A stretch of DNA of 64,000 nt from Candidatus Sumerlaeales bacterium (GTDB lineage: Bacteria; Sumerlaeota; Sumerlaeia; Sumerlaeales; Sumerlaeaceae): the NCBI GenBank assembly GCA_038243585.1, contig JBBSQY010000007.1, positions 5,069 to 69,068 on the forward strand, given 5' to 3'. Within the stretch, counting starts at the first letter, position 1. Every line of letters begins with the position of its first letter. The translations under genes were made by a program, and so were the position numbers. The notes beneath the pieces were generated by a model. The model made no database searches and had not been told where the DNA came from. It saw only the letters and a program-made list of their open reading frames with translations. This document shows positions 52,123 to 62,508 of this stretch, one piece after another.

Positions 52123-53160
52123 TTAGCGTTTAACTTTTATCCTTTTGCCGGTGGCTGCGCTTTCAAATGCGGCCAGGGCGACGGCCAGGCTGCTGTGGCC
52201 CGCATCTATGCCTGGTATGTCTGTAACTGTTTTCTTACCAAGACAAAACTTGATGAACGATTCCATCTGCAGCGGCCAGTTGTCGAAGCCGTTGAAGCCG
52301 GCGATGGTGGTCTCCTTCTGCGTTGTGGAGCCGTCGGGTTTGGTAATGCCGGTGGTCAACACGCCCTCCTGACCCATGGGCAGGCGAAGGCTGCCTTTGT
52401 CTCCGAAAACTTCTATGCCCGTGAATCCGGAGGAGCTGGTCCAGCCAACTTCCATGTAGCCCAGACACTGGGCCTGTTTGCCGAAGTCGAAGAGCGCTAT
52501 GGCGTTATCGTCCACCTGGATTTTTTTGCGGAGGGTTTTTACTTCCGCCTGGACGGTTTCGATGGGGCCGATGAAGTACTGGCAGATGTCTATGGCGTGG
52601 ATGCCCATATCAAGCATTGCGCCGCCGCCGGCGATGTTCTTTTTGTAGAACCAATCACTTTGCGCCCATCCCGGATAGGGGCCTGTGTGGGCATAGCGCA
52701 CGCGCATCATGTATGGCTTGCCGATGGCGTTTTTGTCGATCAGTTTTTTTGCGGCGGCGTTTGCCATAAAGAAGCGGTGGGAAAAAGCGACCATGAATTT
52801 GACGGGATGCTCTTGCAAATTCTGCTGTAGCTTCCGCGATTCCGCGAGAGTCAGGGTTATGGGTTTTTCCAGCAAAATATTGATATCGGCCTGAATGACG
52901 TCAGAGGCGATTTCAAAATGAAATTTATTTGGAACGCAGACGGAGACGGCGTCGAGGCTTTCGTTGGCCAGCATTTTTTTGTAGTCGCGATACCGCTTCT
53001 CAGGAGCGACGCCAAAGGTCTCGCCCATTTCGTCCAGGCGGGTTTTGTTAATGTCGCAGATGGCGGTGATCTGAACGGTCTTTGGGGCGGCGGCGTAGCC
53101 TTTCAGATGATAGGCGCCTACGGCGCCGACGCCGATGACGCCGATGGAGAGCTTGGGCAT
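52123..53160 (-). CDS. Gfo/Idh/MocA-family oxidoreductase
   Basis: GVIGVGAVG, LEKP, GGGAMLDMGIHAID. Confidence 0.92.
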   Translation of the reverse strand: MPKLSIGVIGVGAVGAYHLKGYAAAPKTVQITAICDINKTRLDEMGETFGVAPEKRYRDYKKMLANESLDAVSVCVPNKFHFEIASDVIQADINILLEKPITLTLAESRKLQQNLQEHPVKFMVAFSHRFFMANAAAKKLIDKNAIGKPYMMRVRYAHTGPYPGWAQSDWFYKKNIAGGGAMLDMGIHAIDICQYFIGPIETVQAEVKTLRKKIQVDDNAIALFDFGKQAQCLGYMEVGWTSSSGFTGIEVFGDKGSLRLPMGQEGVLTTGITKPDGSTTQKETTIAGFNGFDNWPLQMESFIKFCLGKKTVTDIPGIDAGHSSLAVALAAFESAATGKRIKVKR

Positions 53161-53307
53161 TTCCGGGATTCCTTGGTTAATTTGTGGGGCGGTTTGGTTC
53201 TACCGGGATGAGGCGGGTTTAAGCGGTGGGAGTCGCGCATTGTGTGTAATTATCGGCGGCGCAGGCGAAAAGATAGACATTCGTGTCGGTTCGTCTTCGG
53301 TGTTGAG

Positions 53308-54276
53308 TTAGTCGTGTTGTTTTCTGCCTTCGATCAGCCGTTGCATTACTATGAAGAGCAGCAGCAGGGCTGCGATTCCAATCTTCGTCCACCAGGAATT
53401 GAGGCTTCCTTCGAAGGCTATTGACGTCTGGATGATGCCGAAGATGAGCACACCTATGAACGTTCCGAAGACGCCGCCGATGCCGCCGGTGAGGAGGGTG
53501 CCGCCGATGACCACTGCGGCGATGGCATCCAGCTCAAGGGCCACGCCTGTGGTCGCGTTTCCGCTGAAACTGTACATGGTATAAACGATGCCAGCGAGGG
53601 CGGAGCAGAGACCGCTGACGGCGTAAACGCTCACACGGGTCAGGCCGACAGGTATGCCCATCAGCAGCGAGGCGTCTTCGTTCCCGCCGATGGCGTACAC
53701 GTTGCGCCCAAAGGTGGTGTATCGTGCCACGAGGATGCCCAATATGACGATGACTCCGTATACGATGGGCACGGCGCCCATAGCGGTGTTTTCACCCAGG
53801 CTAATGGAGAAACCCAGGAGGCTCCCGTACCACGGATGAACGATGGGAATGGATTCCAGGCTGATGACGAGGGCCAGGCCGCGGCCCATGAACATTCCGG
53901 CCAGCGTAACCAGGAACGCCGGCAGCTTGAACACCTGAATGATGCCGCCCATGATGGCTCCAAAAAGGGTGCCGGCGGCGACCATGATTAGGCCTGCGGA
54001 TACCGGGTGCCATCCCTTCTGTTCGATGAGGACGACCATGCCGATGCTGACCAGGGCAATAACGGACCCGACGGATAAATCAATACCGCCGGACAGGATG
54101 ACAAAGGTCATTCCGACGGCGACGATGCCGAGGACGGCGTTGTCAGACAAAAAATTGACGAACACCTGGAGCGTTGCGAAGTTTTCGAATCGGAACGCGG
54201 AAGCCAGATAGAGCGCCAGGCATACGAGTACGGTGGCGAAACGGGGGATGGATGAGGCGGACAGGGAAAGTTTCAT
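53308..54276 (-). CDS. Sugar ABC transporter permease (YjfF-like)
   Basis: GMTFVILSGGIDLSVGS, GRNVYAIGGN, ELDAIAAVVIGGT. The real start MKLSLS at 54276 overlaps the upstream stop. Confidence 0.9.
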   Translation of the reverse strand: MKLSLSASSIPRFATVLVCLALYLASAFRFENFATLQVFVNFLSDNAVLGIVAVGMTFVILSGGIDLSVGSVIALVSIGMVVLIEQKGWHPVSAGLIMVAAGTLFGAIMGGIIQVFKLPAFLVTLAGMFMGRGLALVISLESIPIVHPWYGSLLGFSISLGENTAMGAVPIVYGVIVILGILVARYTTFGRNVYAIGGNEDASLLMGIPVGLTRVSVYAVSGLCSALAGIVYTMYSFSGNATTGVALELDAIAAVVIGGTLLTGGIGGVFGTFIGVLIFGIIQTSIAFEGSLNSWWTKIGIAALLLLFIVMQRLIEGRKQHD

Positions 54277-55262
54277 GACTGCGCCCCGCGCCGTTTTCTG
54301 AACCCGCCAAACAATTTTTCGCGGACGGTGCTGGATTGCAGGATACATACGATAAGGATGACGGAGGCCTTTACGACCTGCGTCCATTCCATCTGAATGC
54401 CGCGGGCGAGGATCGTCGTGGTGAGGGCCTGCATGAGCAACGCGCCTATGACGGATCCGAGGAGAAGAAAGCGTCCGCCGGTCAGAGCCGTGCCGCCGAT
54501 TACGACGGCGAGGATGGCGTCGAGCTCCGCGTAGAGTCCTGCGGTGTTTGAGTCTGCCGTTCCAATGTCTGCTGCGGCTACGATGCCGGCGAGGGCGGCG
54601 CATATACCGGCGGTGGCATAGGCGAACAGCAGCGTGCCGGGGACTGGCAAGCCGCTGAGGCGGCTGGCTTTCGGGCTGTTGCCTACGGCTTCAATGTATA
54701 GCCCCAAAGCTGTTTTACGGACAAGGAGGCCCAGGATCGTAATGGTAATGACAATGAGGGTTACGCTGAACGGCAACCGCAGGAAAAAGCCGCTTCCGAA
54801 GCGCTCCAGGAAACCGTTGCTGAAGGTTTCCGGCTGACCGTCCGTTAAAAGCTGAGCGACGCCGCGCCCGCTGACCATCAGGATGAGGGTGGCAACAATA
54901 GGTTGAATACCGATAAACGCGACCAGTCCGCCGTTGATAAGGCCGGCCAGCAGGCCCGCCGCCAACGCCATTGCCATGGCTGCGGGGCCGCTCCAGCCGT
55001 CGTTTACAGCGAGGGCGGCGACGGCGCCAGATATGGCCATCACAGAACCGACGCTGAGATCGATGCCGCCAGTGGCAATGACGAGAGTCATGCCGAGGGC
55101 TAACAAAGTGACCGGCGCGGCGCGATCCAGGATGTCAATAAGGCTGCCGTATAAATGACCGTCACGGACTTCGAGGTTGAAAAAACCGGGGGTGAAAATC
55201 GCGTTGAGGCCCAGCAAAAGCGCCAGGGCTATGAGAGCCCAGATAAGATTTTGATTTTTCAT
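54273..55262 (-). CDS. Sugar ABC transporter permease (YtfT-like)
   Basis: DGHLYGSLIDIL, GMTLVIATGGIDLSVG, ELDAILAVVIGGT. Confidence 0.9.
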   Translation of the reverse strand: MKNQNLIWALIALALLLGLNAIFTPGFFNLEVRDGHLYGSLIDILDRAAPVTLLALGMTLVIATGGIDLSVGSVMAISGAVAALAVNDGWSGPAAMAMALAAGLLAGLINGGLVAFIGIQPIVATLILMVSGRGVAQLLTDGQPETFSNGFLERFGSGFFLRLPFSVTLIVITITILGLLVRKTALGLYIEAVGNSPKASRLSGLPVPGTLLFAYATAGICAALAGIVAAADIGTADSNTAGLYAELDAILAVVIGGTALTGGRFLLLGSVIGALLMQALTTTILARGIQMEWTQVVKASVILIVCILQSSTVREKLFGGFRKRRGAQS

Positions 55263-55671
55263 AAGTTAGAACTTTTAGGGATAGTGGGGTTTGTCACGTG
55301 TTAAAAAGCCGAAGTGAAGTTTGATTCATGAAAGCGTGGCGTCAAGGGCTTTGGAGCGGGCGGGGGGGATTTGACACAGAAAAACTGGAGGAAAGGAGAA
55401 GCAAAAGAAAAACGGCGATGTGCCCCTACGCATCTCCTTTGATGACTTTCACTGTCATGCTTTTCGTTTCGGCTACCATGTGTGCGGGCAACATAAACTT
55501 TAGCGGTTAATCAAATTTCAGCTTTGAGTATAGTGTTGTCCCCTTCATAAATAGAGAGACGAATTACTCGCTCAAGTTTTAAGCAATTATTTTTTAGAAA
55601 TGCCTATTTTTTGTTGCAATATGAAGCTGCCTTCGCTTGCATGATGAAATATTATTTCTTAAGGAGAAATC

Positions 55672-55926
55672 ATGTTTAAAAAGGTCGCGGTAGTTGCGGT
55701 TCTTGCCGCAACAGTATTTGCAGTAAGCAGCGCCGAAGCACGTTACGTGCAAAGTTGCAGCTCGCGCTGGGTTCCTGATTACCCGGTGTATCCGCAGGTT
55801 GTGGCACCACCAGTAATTCAGCAGCCGTATTATCCTGTGGCCGCATATCAGCCATATCCATATTATCCGCAGTACCCAATGGGCCATGGGCACCAGCACG
55901 GCAATCATGTCGACTGGTATAATTGA
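55672..55926 (+). CDS. Small secreted Pro/Tyr/Gln-rich protein
   Basis: AAGGAG RBS, signal peptide ending AEA, PYY/QPY-rich body. Confidence 0.7.
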   Translation: MFKKVAVVAVLAATVFAVSSAEARYVQSCSSRWVPDYPVYPQVVAPPVIQQPYYPVAAYQPYPYYPQYPMGHGHQHGNHVDWYN

Positions 55927-56015
55927 TTATACAGTCTCGCCTCGTACTGGTTTGATATGAGAGTATTGCTACTTCGCAGCATGAATCCACATAATTTAAA
56001 TTTAGGAGAACATCA

Positions 56016-56433
56016 ATGAAGCGCATCCTGGGCGGCTTTTTAGTCGCTACGCTTGCTTTTGGAAGCGTTCCAGCGCAAGCTGGCGACACAGCCAATGTTT
56101 TAGGAGGTCTGCTCGCTGTTGGCCTTGTAGGTGCTGCAATTAATAACAGCATGCAGCACCAAAGCCATAACGACCACCATGATAATCATTATAAACCATG
56201 GCTATGCTTATTCAACGCCAGTTTATCAACAGCCGTATGTTTACCAGCAGCCCTATGTATACCAGCAGCCGGTCGTTTATCAACAACCCGTGGCATACCA
56301 GCAGCCTGTTGTTTATCAACAGCCCGCCGCCACCTATGTGCAGCCGGTATCTAGTGGCTATGCCTATCCGCAGAATTATGGCTATACCTATCCAACAACG
56401 AGCTACACCACCGGCTATTCCTACGGGTATTAA
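56016..56433 (+). pseudogene. Secreted Tyr/Gln/Pro-rich repeat protein split by a one-base frameshift (or sequencing error)
   Basis: AGGAG RBS and signal peptide in one frame, VYQQP repeats in another. Removing one A at ~56193-56195 gives ...HDNHYNHGYAYSTPVYQQP. Confidence 0.7.
56221..56328 (+). repeat. Six degenerate 18-bp coding tandem repeats (VYQQPx)
   Basis: gtttatcaacagccgtat / gtttaccagcagccctat / gtataccagcagccggtc / ...; variation mostly at third codon positions. Confidence 0.85.
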
Positions 56434-56471
56434 TAAAGAGCTTTTGTGAGTTTTGCAGCATTTAAAACTAC

Positions 56472-56508
56472 GGCAGCCCTGCTATGCTATTAGCAAGGCT
56501 GCCTTTTT
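56472..56508 (+). terminator. Intrinsic terminator
   Basis: GGCAGCC...GGCTGCC stem followed by T5. Confidence 0.75.
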
Positions 56509-56512
56509 GCGT

Positions 56513-59500
56513 CTAATCGACCACTTTTAGCACTGTTTCGTCTGCGTTGGCGCGGAGCGGTGGGAAATACATGGCGTAGCCGGTGGTGGGCATGGCGTGA
56601 AATGTCCCGGGGATTTCTGCGCGGATGTTGTAGGTCAGGGTGTGTTCGCCCTGGCGCAGAGTTGTTATGAAGAACGCGGTCCAGGCGTCGCGCAGTTCCA
56701 TGTTCGACACCAGGCCGTTGCCGTATTTTGACCCGCTTTGTAGATCGACCGCTTCCATCCCGGCGGGCTTGGGATCTTCAAAGACGAGGTATTCGTAATC
56801 GTTGAGAGACTTGATCTTCAGGGTCACGCGCAGTTCGTCGCCGCTCTTCAGCGGGTCGCCCTCTTTCAGGGGAAGCCACTTGTCGCGGTAGATGACCGAG
56901 GCTTTACCGTTGACGGTTTCCGTGGTTTGTTCGCGATCGAGGATCTCATAGGCACGGGTGACGTAGATTTCATTGCCCGCTTTTTTGATGTCCTCTTCCA
57001 GGGTAAAATACTCGGCGTAGATGGAGTAGTAAACGTTTCCTTCGCCCTCGACGGTGAAGCTGAGGGGGAAGTCGCCGTCGGGAATGGCGTCGCCTCGCAG
57101 AGTGATGCGGCCGTCAAAATCCCAAAAATTCTCAGGAGTTACTTCCAGCGTCTTGATCAGTTCTCCGCCAGCGCGAACCTGGATTTTGACCGGCTTTGCG
57201 GCTTCTTTGCGCTGGAGCATATACTGGGTGAGGGCCAGCACGGATTGGGCGGTGTCACGGGTGCTTTTCCAGCGGCCGCCCTGACGGTTCAGCACCAGCC
57301 ACTTCATGGCCTGGTCAACGACAGGGTCGTCCGGCTTCAGGTCGAGGTAGGCCATCAGGCCAACGGCGGTGGCTTCGACGGGGTCGTCGTACCAGCGCCA
57401 GCCGCCGTCGATGCGGCCCCAGCGGAGGGTGTTGTTTTCAGGGGAAAAGACGGCCATGTTCACCATGTTGCGCAGCACGACTTCCGCGTCGGGCGTGCGG
57501 CCGAGCTTGCCAAGGGTGCGGGCAAGCATAGCGAGGCCGTGGGCGCTCAGCTTGTCGCGACGTGACCACAGAAGTTCCACCGTGCGCGATGACGACTGGT
57601 TGTTCAGGGTAAGCACGTACTCCGCAAACATCAGGTTGTGGAGATTGTTGGGATACCAGTAGGTATCTCGTTCATCGCCAAGGCTTTTGCTGGTCGTGTC
57701 GTCGCGTAGCTCGGATAGGCGGCGCAGTCCACTGTCCATCATGGCGGGTTCCACGGTCACTTCGGCGTCGCGGGCGAGGGTGAGACCGTACATGACGTAG
57801 CTGGTCATGTAGAGATTCTCCGCGTCCTCCGCCCACCAGCCCCAACCGCCGGATGGAAGCTGCATGTCGCTCAGGCGCTTGAGGCTTTCCGCTGTTACTT
57901 TCGGCAGGCGTTCCTGCATGGATTGATCCAGAGGGTAGCCGAGCACCTGGAACGCGCGGGCGGCGACGGCGGCGGGCATAAACCGGCTCATGGTCTGCTC
58001 GACGCATCCGTAGGGGTAGTCAATCATGTAGGGGATAGCTTCGCGGATGGAGGAGGCGAGGGAGGGATTCACGATGATGTCGAGTCGGGTGGTTTCCTTT
58101 ATGCGCTCCACAGGGAGGGAGACCGTTTGCGTTATGATGCGGGCCGTGCCGGAGGTTTCGACGGTGACGCCTGTTGTAGCTTCGTCGCGGGACGTGCCGT
58201 TCCAGGCTACGAATTTATCAATGCCGTGGGGCATCAGCGGCACGGTTGTCTGCATGGCGTCGCTGCCGCCGGGCGACAGCGCCATGAGATTCAGGATGGC
58301 TTCGCCGGGTTGGGCTGATTTGACGTTAACGGTCCAGTCGACCCGCTTTTCGCCGCCGGCTGGGACGGTGACGGTCTGGGTGTTGCCCATGAAATTCTCG
58401 TTGCCGCCGCCGGGCAGAGGCATGGTCGTCGCGCCGTCGAGGGCGACGCCCTGCGTGCGCAGGGTCGCTTCCATGCTTAGATCGGCGTTTGTATAGTTGT
58501 GCAGATTACCGGAGATGGTAACGCTGTCGCGTTCGCGGAAGAACCGCGGCGCCTGAAGCCGCGCCAGCACTTTCTTTCTGGCGACGGTATCTGTGGTTAC
58601 GTTTCCAACGCGGGTATCGGCGGTCAGGCCGACGGCAACCATGCGCCATGTGGTGAGGGAGTCCGGATATTTTATGTCGACCGTCGCACTGCCAGCGGCG
58701 TCCGTGCGGATGGTGGGCGACCAGAACATGCTGTCGCGGAAGTCTGCGCGGATGGCGGGCGTTTCAATTCCCAGTTCTGCTTTAGCCTCAGCAGAATTGT
58801 CAAAGTCGCCCACCATGATATCCGGCAGGCCACTTATCACGGGCGCAGCCTTTGCCGCTGGCGCCGCTTCCGCCATGGCCATGGCCGGCACCCCTGCGGT
58901 GCGGCTGCTTTTACTAAGAGACTTGTCTCGAAACGCCATTTCTTGTCCGGGTACTTCAAAGCGGAACAAGTTGTTTTCGCCGTCGCCTGCCATGTTCAGG
59001 TATCCCGACGCCGGAATAAGAAACCTTCCGTAGGAGCCAGAACTATTTATGGACGCACGAACATCGCTGCGCAGCGGGCGCTTCATGCCGTAGAACATGC
59101 GGCGAATGTCGGGCCGGGTGTCCGGCGCGATGTATGTGATGGCCTGGTCAAAAATCGAGAGGGACAGTTCCGCCGCTACAGGCGCGCCGGCCTCGTCCGT
59201 TGCGCGGATGGACACCTGGCCTGTTTCGCCGGGCTCAACGGTGGACTTTGCCGGCACGACTTCCACGTTGATCACCCGCGACGTGGGCGGGACGATCAGT
59301 TCGACTTCGTCGGTAATAATCGTCTTGTCGCGCACCGCCACGATGTGTATCATGCTGTTGGGCACAAACGCTTCAGTAATGGGTATTGAAACAAAGTTTG
59401 TCCGGTGGAGAAGGGGCAGGACCTGCTTGTGAAGATTGCCGCTGCCGGTGTCGATCCAATACCACGCTACGGCATCTTTGAACTCACTGAGGATCATGAT

Positions 59501-62275
59501 GCGGGCGGTCTCGCCTACGGTGTAGAGGGTTTTATCTGTGATGATTTCCACGCCCTGGTAGCGGGTGGCGATATCCGTGTCGTCGGGCGATGCTGAGTAA
59601 AAACTGGCATAGGCGACAGACTCGCCGCCGAAGGGATCGGCCGCAATATAGGCGAACCGCAGCCGCCCGTGAAGGTCCTCTGCCACGCGCCAATCCAGCA
59701 CCAGGGAACCACTCGCCTCAATAGAAACCGCCTGGCTGGACACAGTGGTGACGTCATCCTCTTCGGCCTTTTCGTTCCACATCAGCTTTTCTATGTAGAG
59801 CGTGCCGCTGCTGGGGACGGGCTTGTCGGCCAGATTTAACGACTTCAGTTCTACCCGCGCATTATCGCCCGGCGTGACGATTGTCCGCTGGGTTTTGGCG
59901 GCGAGATTCAACGCTTTGAGGCCGACGGGGATTACCTGGCTGGCGTCGATGTTGCGCCGGCTGGCATCTGTGACGGTGACCTCGACCTGAAAATCCCAGG
60001 TGGAAGGGGACGGCGGCCAGAACATGCGGCGGCTGGCGCCGTCGCCGCCGTGAAGAGAATTTTCGGTCGGTTGCAACTCGTTATCGGGCACAGTGGAATC
60101 AAAGGTGAGGGTGAAATTGCCATCGGCATCCAGCTTGCCTTCCCCTTGAGAAACGATGACGCCGCCGCTGCCGTGCATTACGGGAGGGCGCTCCGGTGCT
60201 TCCTCAAACCAGCCTAAATCGCGGTCGTCCAGATTCCAGCTCATATTGTCCCACATCGTGCGAAAGCGGGGGCTACGGCGAACCGTGTATTTCACTGTGC
60301 CGTCTGTCACTGGCGATCCGAAGAGATACTTCGCTTCGACCCGCGCCTTGACCGGCTGGCCAACGCGAGCGAAATCGTCTGCCGACTCCACCGACACTTC
60401 AAATTCCGGCTTTTTGTATTCTTCTACGCGAAACTGGCTGTTTCCAAAATGATTCTGCCGCTGGTCCAGAATTTGAATTTGATACTGTCCGAGAGGCGCT
60501 CCCGCGATCAAATCGATTTCGCCTTCCAGGGTTCCGAATTCAGACAGCTTCATATCCTTTTGATCAAGCACGTCCTGTCCCTTCGGATCTCGGACCTTCA
60601 CCTGGTATGTCATTCCCGTGGGCACCCGGTACTCGCCGCCAGCCTGGTTGCGTAAAATGGCGCGCCAGTAGACTTTTTGCTCAGGCCGATATACTGGACG
60701 ATCCGTATAGAGGTATGTGTGAGGCTGTTCCTGTTCACGACCGTGATTAAACCGGGACCAGTGAAAGTTATCAAGGAGCGCAATGTTGTCACCGCTCGCA
60801 GCAACGGCGAAAAGCTGGCCGTTGACGCTTTCACCTTTAAACTCGGCGAACCCATCACTGCCGCTTTCTAAATTGTCGAATTCTGAAAAATACTGAAAGC
60901 TCTTTCCTGTCAGCCAATGATTATCGTTTTTCTGGTTGTGGGCGACGGTGATCGCGGCGCTCGCGCGCGGGCGACCGGTTTTGGCGTCAACGGTCCAGAA
61001 CTCATATCCCTGGGGGCCGGTGTTGCCCACCAGCACCAGATCGCTAATTACCAGCATCGCATTGCAGGTGATTTTACCGTCTACTTCCGCGCGCAGAACG
61101 TAAACGCCGGCCTTTTTAATGTTAAGCGTTACGGTGCGGGTGGTCGAATGAAAATCGCCGTTGTCTTCTACGGAGACGTTTTCAGTAAACGTCGGCTTGC
61201 CCGTCACCGATTTCAGATCGAGGTCAGTAGTTTTTTGCCGTTGAAGTTCCTTCATTACGTTAAAAGGTGTGGCGGTGAACCGTACGCGACTGGTGTTTCT
61301 GGCGGTCAGGTTAAAGGTTATTTTTTCCCCTGGCAGGAACTGGCCCGACAGGGAAAAGATTGCTTCTGAGCGCTTTATCTTTACGATTTCCTCCGCCGCC
61401 ATGCCGGCTTCTTCAGCGCCGGCGAACTGGCTGACCAGCATCGCTAATTCGTAGAGGGCAGGTTCGAATTGCTGGAGGGAGATATAATGTTGGGCCACTT
61501 GCCATTGCGCGGTGGCGGCGGCGCGGGTGCGCGGAAACTCTGCGACGATGCCGCGCCATCCCGCTAACTTGTTATCGACAGGACGATCTGGCGTTTGAGC
61601 GGTCAAGGCTCCCTGGCGGCGGAGCTGCACGTCTGCAATTACCTCCTCCTGCCCTTCCAGAAGAGGAATGACTTTGTCAAAAAACGAGAGAATGTAAGCG
61701 CGATCGGATTCCTCCGGATAACGCAGCGTCGGCAGCTGGCTTTTGATCACATCCATGTAGAAATCAGCAAGGTCAGCCGGCTTTAGATCCGTGAGAATGC
61801 GATCAGCGGCGCGGAGATTCTTTAATGGATTGGTGGTGGAAACATCCAGCCATCGGTTTTGGTCGAGTCCATCCTGTGATCGCCAGAGCGCTCGCCCGGC
61901 CCAGACATCGGAAGGATTCTCTGCAATAAGGGCCTCGAATACGGCTGCGGCCTGGGGATTGTTATGGAGATGCAGCAGCGCCTGTCCCTTGATATATTGC
62001 AGCTCGCGATTCTCATCTGCGGTCAAGGTAGCGGTATCGGATTCATCCGCAGTATCGACGGCGAGCTTCCACGATTTTTCTTCAAAGTAGAAGCGAGCGG
62101 TTTCCAAAGTGCCAGAATTGGGTGGCGTCGCGACCACATGAACGGGAGCGTCGGCATCCGCTTGAAGAACCGCAGGAGGCGAGCCAGGCGCACCATAGCC
62201 AACCGCCCGTTCTGGCTTTGCCTGGATTGTTAACGTGGCAACGGATATACAAACGGCGCAAAGCAGATGTTTCAT
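56513..62275 (-). CDS. Bacterial alpha-2-macroglobulin family protein
   Basis: 1920 aa, signal peptide, TPR-like N-terminus, YTDRPVYRP, FRVEEYKKPEF, PDSLTTWR, thioester motif YPYGCVEQ, WRSTRD-like WKSTRDT. Confidence 0.93.
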   Translation of the reverse strand: MKHLLCAVCISVATLTIQAKPERAVGYGAPGSPPAVLQADADAPVHVVATPPNSGTLETARFYFEEKSWKLAVDTADESDTATLTADENRELQYIKGQALLHLHNNPQAAAVFEALIAENPSDVWAGRALWRSQDGLDQNRWLDVSTTNPLKNLRAADRILTDLKPADLADFYMDVIKSQLPTLRYPEESDRAYILSFFDKVIPLLEGQEEVIADVQLRRQGALTAQTPDRPVDNKLAGWRGIVAEFPRTRAAATAQWQVAQHYISLQQFEPALYELAMLVSQFAGAEEAGMAAEEIVKIKRSEAIFSLSGQFLPGEKITFNLTARNTSRVRFTATPFNVMKELQRQKTTDLDLKSVTGKPTFTENVSVEDNGDFHSTTRTVTLNIKKAGVYVLRAEVDGKITCNAMLVISDLVLVGNTGPQGYEFWTVDAKTGRPRASAAITVAHNQKNDNHWLTGKSFQYFSEFDNLESGSDGFAEFKGESVNGQLFAVAASGDNIALLDNFHWSRFNHGREQEQPHTYLYTDRPVYRPEQKVYWRAILRNQAGGEYRVPTGMTYQVKVRDPKGQDVLDQKDMKLSEFGTLEGEIDLIAGAPLGQYQIQILDQRQNHFGNSQFRVEEYKKPEFEVSVESADDFARVGQPVKARVEAKYLFGSPVTDGTVKYTVRRSPRFRTMWDNMSWNLDDRDLGWFEEAPERPPVMHGSGGVIVSQGEGKLDADGNFTLTFDSTVPDNELQPTENSLHGGDGASRRMFWPPSPSTWDFQVEVTVTDASRRNIDASQVIPVGLKALNLAAKTQRTIVTPGDNARVELKSLNLADKPVPSSGTLYIEKLMWNEKAEEDDVTTVSSQAVSIEASGSLVLDWRVAEDLHGRLRFAYIAADPFGGESVAYASFYSASPDDTDIATRYQGVEIITDKTLYTVGETARIMILSEFKDAVAWYWIDTGSGNLHKQVLPLLHRTNFVSIPITEAFVPNSMIHIVAVRDKTIITDEVELIVPPTSRVINVEVVPAKSTVEPGETGQVSIRATDEAGAPVAAELSLSIFDQAITYIAPDTRPDIRRMFYGMKRPLRSDVRASINSSGSYGRFLIPASGYLNMAGDGENNLFRFEVPGQEMAFRDKSLSKSSRTAGVPAMAMAEAAPAAKAAPVISGLPDIMVGDFDNSAEAKAELGIETPAIRADFRDSMFWSPTIRTDAAGSATVDIKYPDSLTTWRMVAVGLTADTRVGNVTTDTVARKKVLARLQAPRFFRERDSVTISGNLHNYTNADLSMEATLRTQGVALDGATTMPLPGGGNENFMGNTQTVTVPAGGEKRVDWTVNVKSAQPGEAILNLMALSPGGSDAMQTTVPLMPHGIDKFVAWNGTSRDEATTGVTVETSGTARIITQTVSLPVERIKETTRLDIIVNPSLASSIREAIPYMIDYPYGCVEQTMSRFMPAAVAARAFQVLGYPLDQSMQERLPKVTAESLKRLSDMQLPSGGWGWWAEDAENLYMTSYVMYGLTLARDAEVTVEPAMMDSGLRRLSELRDDTTSKSLGDERDTYWYPNNLHNLMFAEYVLTLNNQSSSRTVELLWSRRDKLSAHGLAMLARTLGKLGRTPDAEVVLRNMVNMAVFSPENNTLRWGRIDGGWRWYDDPVEATAVGLMAYLDLKPDDPVVDQAMKWLVLNRQGGRWKSTRDTAQSVLALTQYMLQRKEAAKPVKIQVRAGGELIKTLEVTPENFWDFDGRITLRGDAIPDGDFPLSFTVEGEGNVYYSIYAEYFTLEEDIKKAGNEIYVTRAYEILDREQTTETVNGKASVIYRDKWLPLKEGDPLKSGDELRVTLKIKSLNDYEYLVFEDPKPAGMEAVDLQSGSKYGNGLVSNMELRDAWTAFFITTLRQGEHTLTYNIRAEIPGTFHAMPTTGYAMYFPPLRANADETVLKVVD

Positions 62276-62417
62276 CAGCGGAAGGCTCCTATGGGGTTGG
62301 GTGTAATTGTAAAGGGAAGCGGTTATTTAATGATTCCCCCATACTGACCACCATAACGAGTAAAAGGTTTGGCGTCTGCGAAAACTTTCTTTTCAATTGC
62401 GCCTGACCCCTAATGAA

Positions 62418-62440
62418 GTAGCATAGGCGTCCAGCCTGTG
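62418..62440 (+). repeat. REP-like element (GTAG family), copy 3
   Basis: GTAGCATAGGCGTCCAGCCTGTG; intergenic. Confidence 0.75.
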
Positions 62441-62508
62441 TGGGCATTTTTCGAGCGTTTACCGCAATTGCGTCACGTTCTCCGCAATAGCCTTCTGTCT
62501 GCCTCTGC

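Noticed and set aside
54277-54603. Arg-rich N-terminal extension of the YjfF-like ORF
   Set aside because: An out-of-frame overlap with the upstream permease; the real start is at 54276.
56221-56328. Regularly spaced repeats as a possible CRISPR array
   Set aside because: Contiguous 18-bp coding repeats with no spacers. No CRISPR array or cas gene was seen in the window.
56927-59389. Several 130-296 aa + strand ORFs
   Set aside because: Antisense to the alpha-2-macroglobulin gene.
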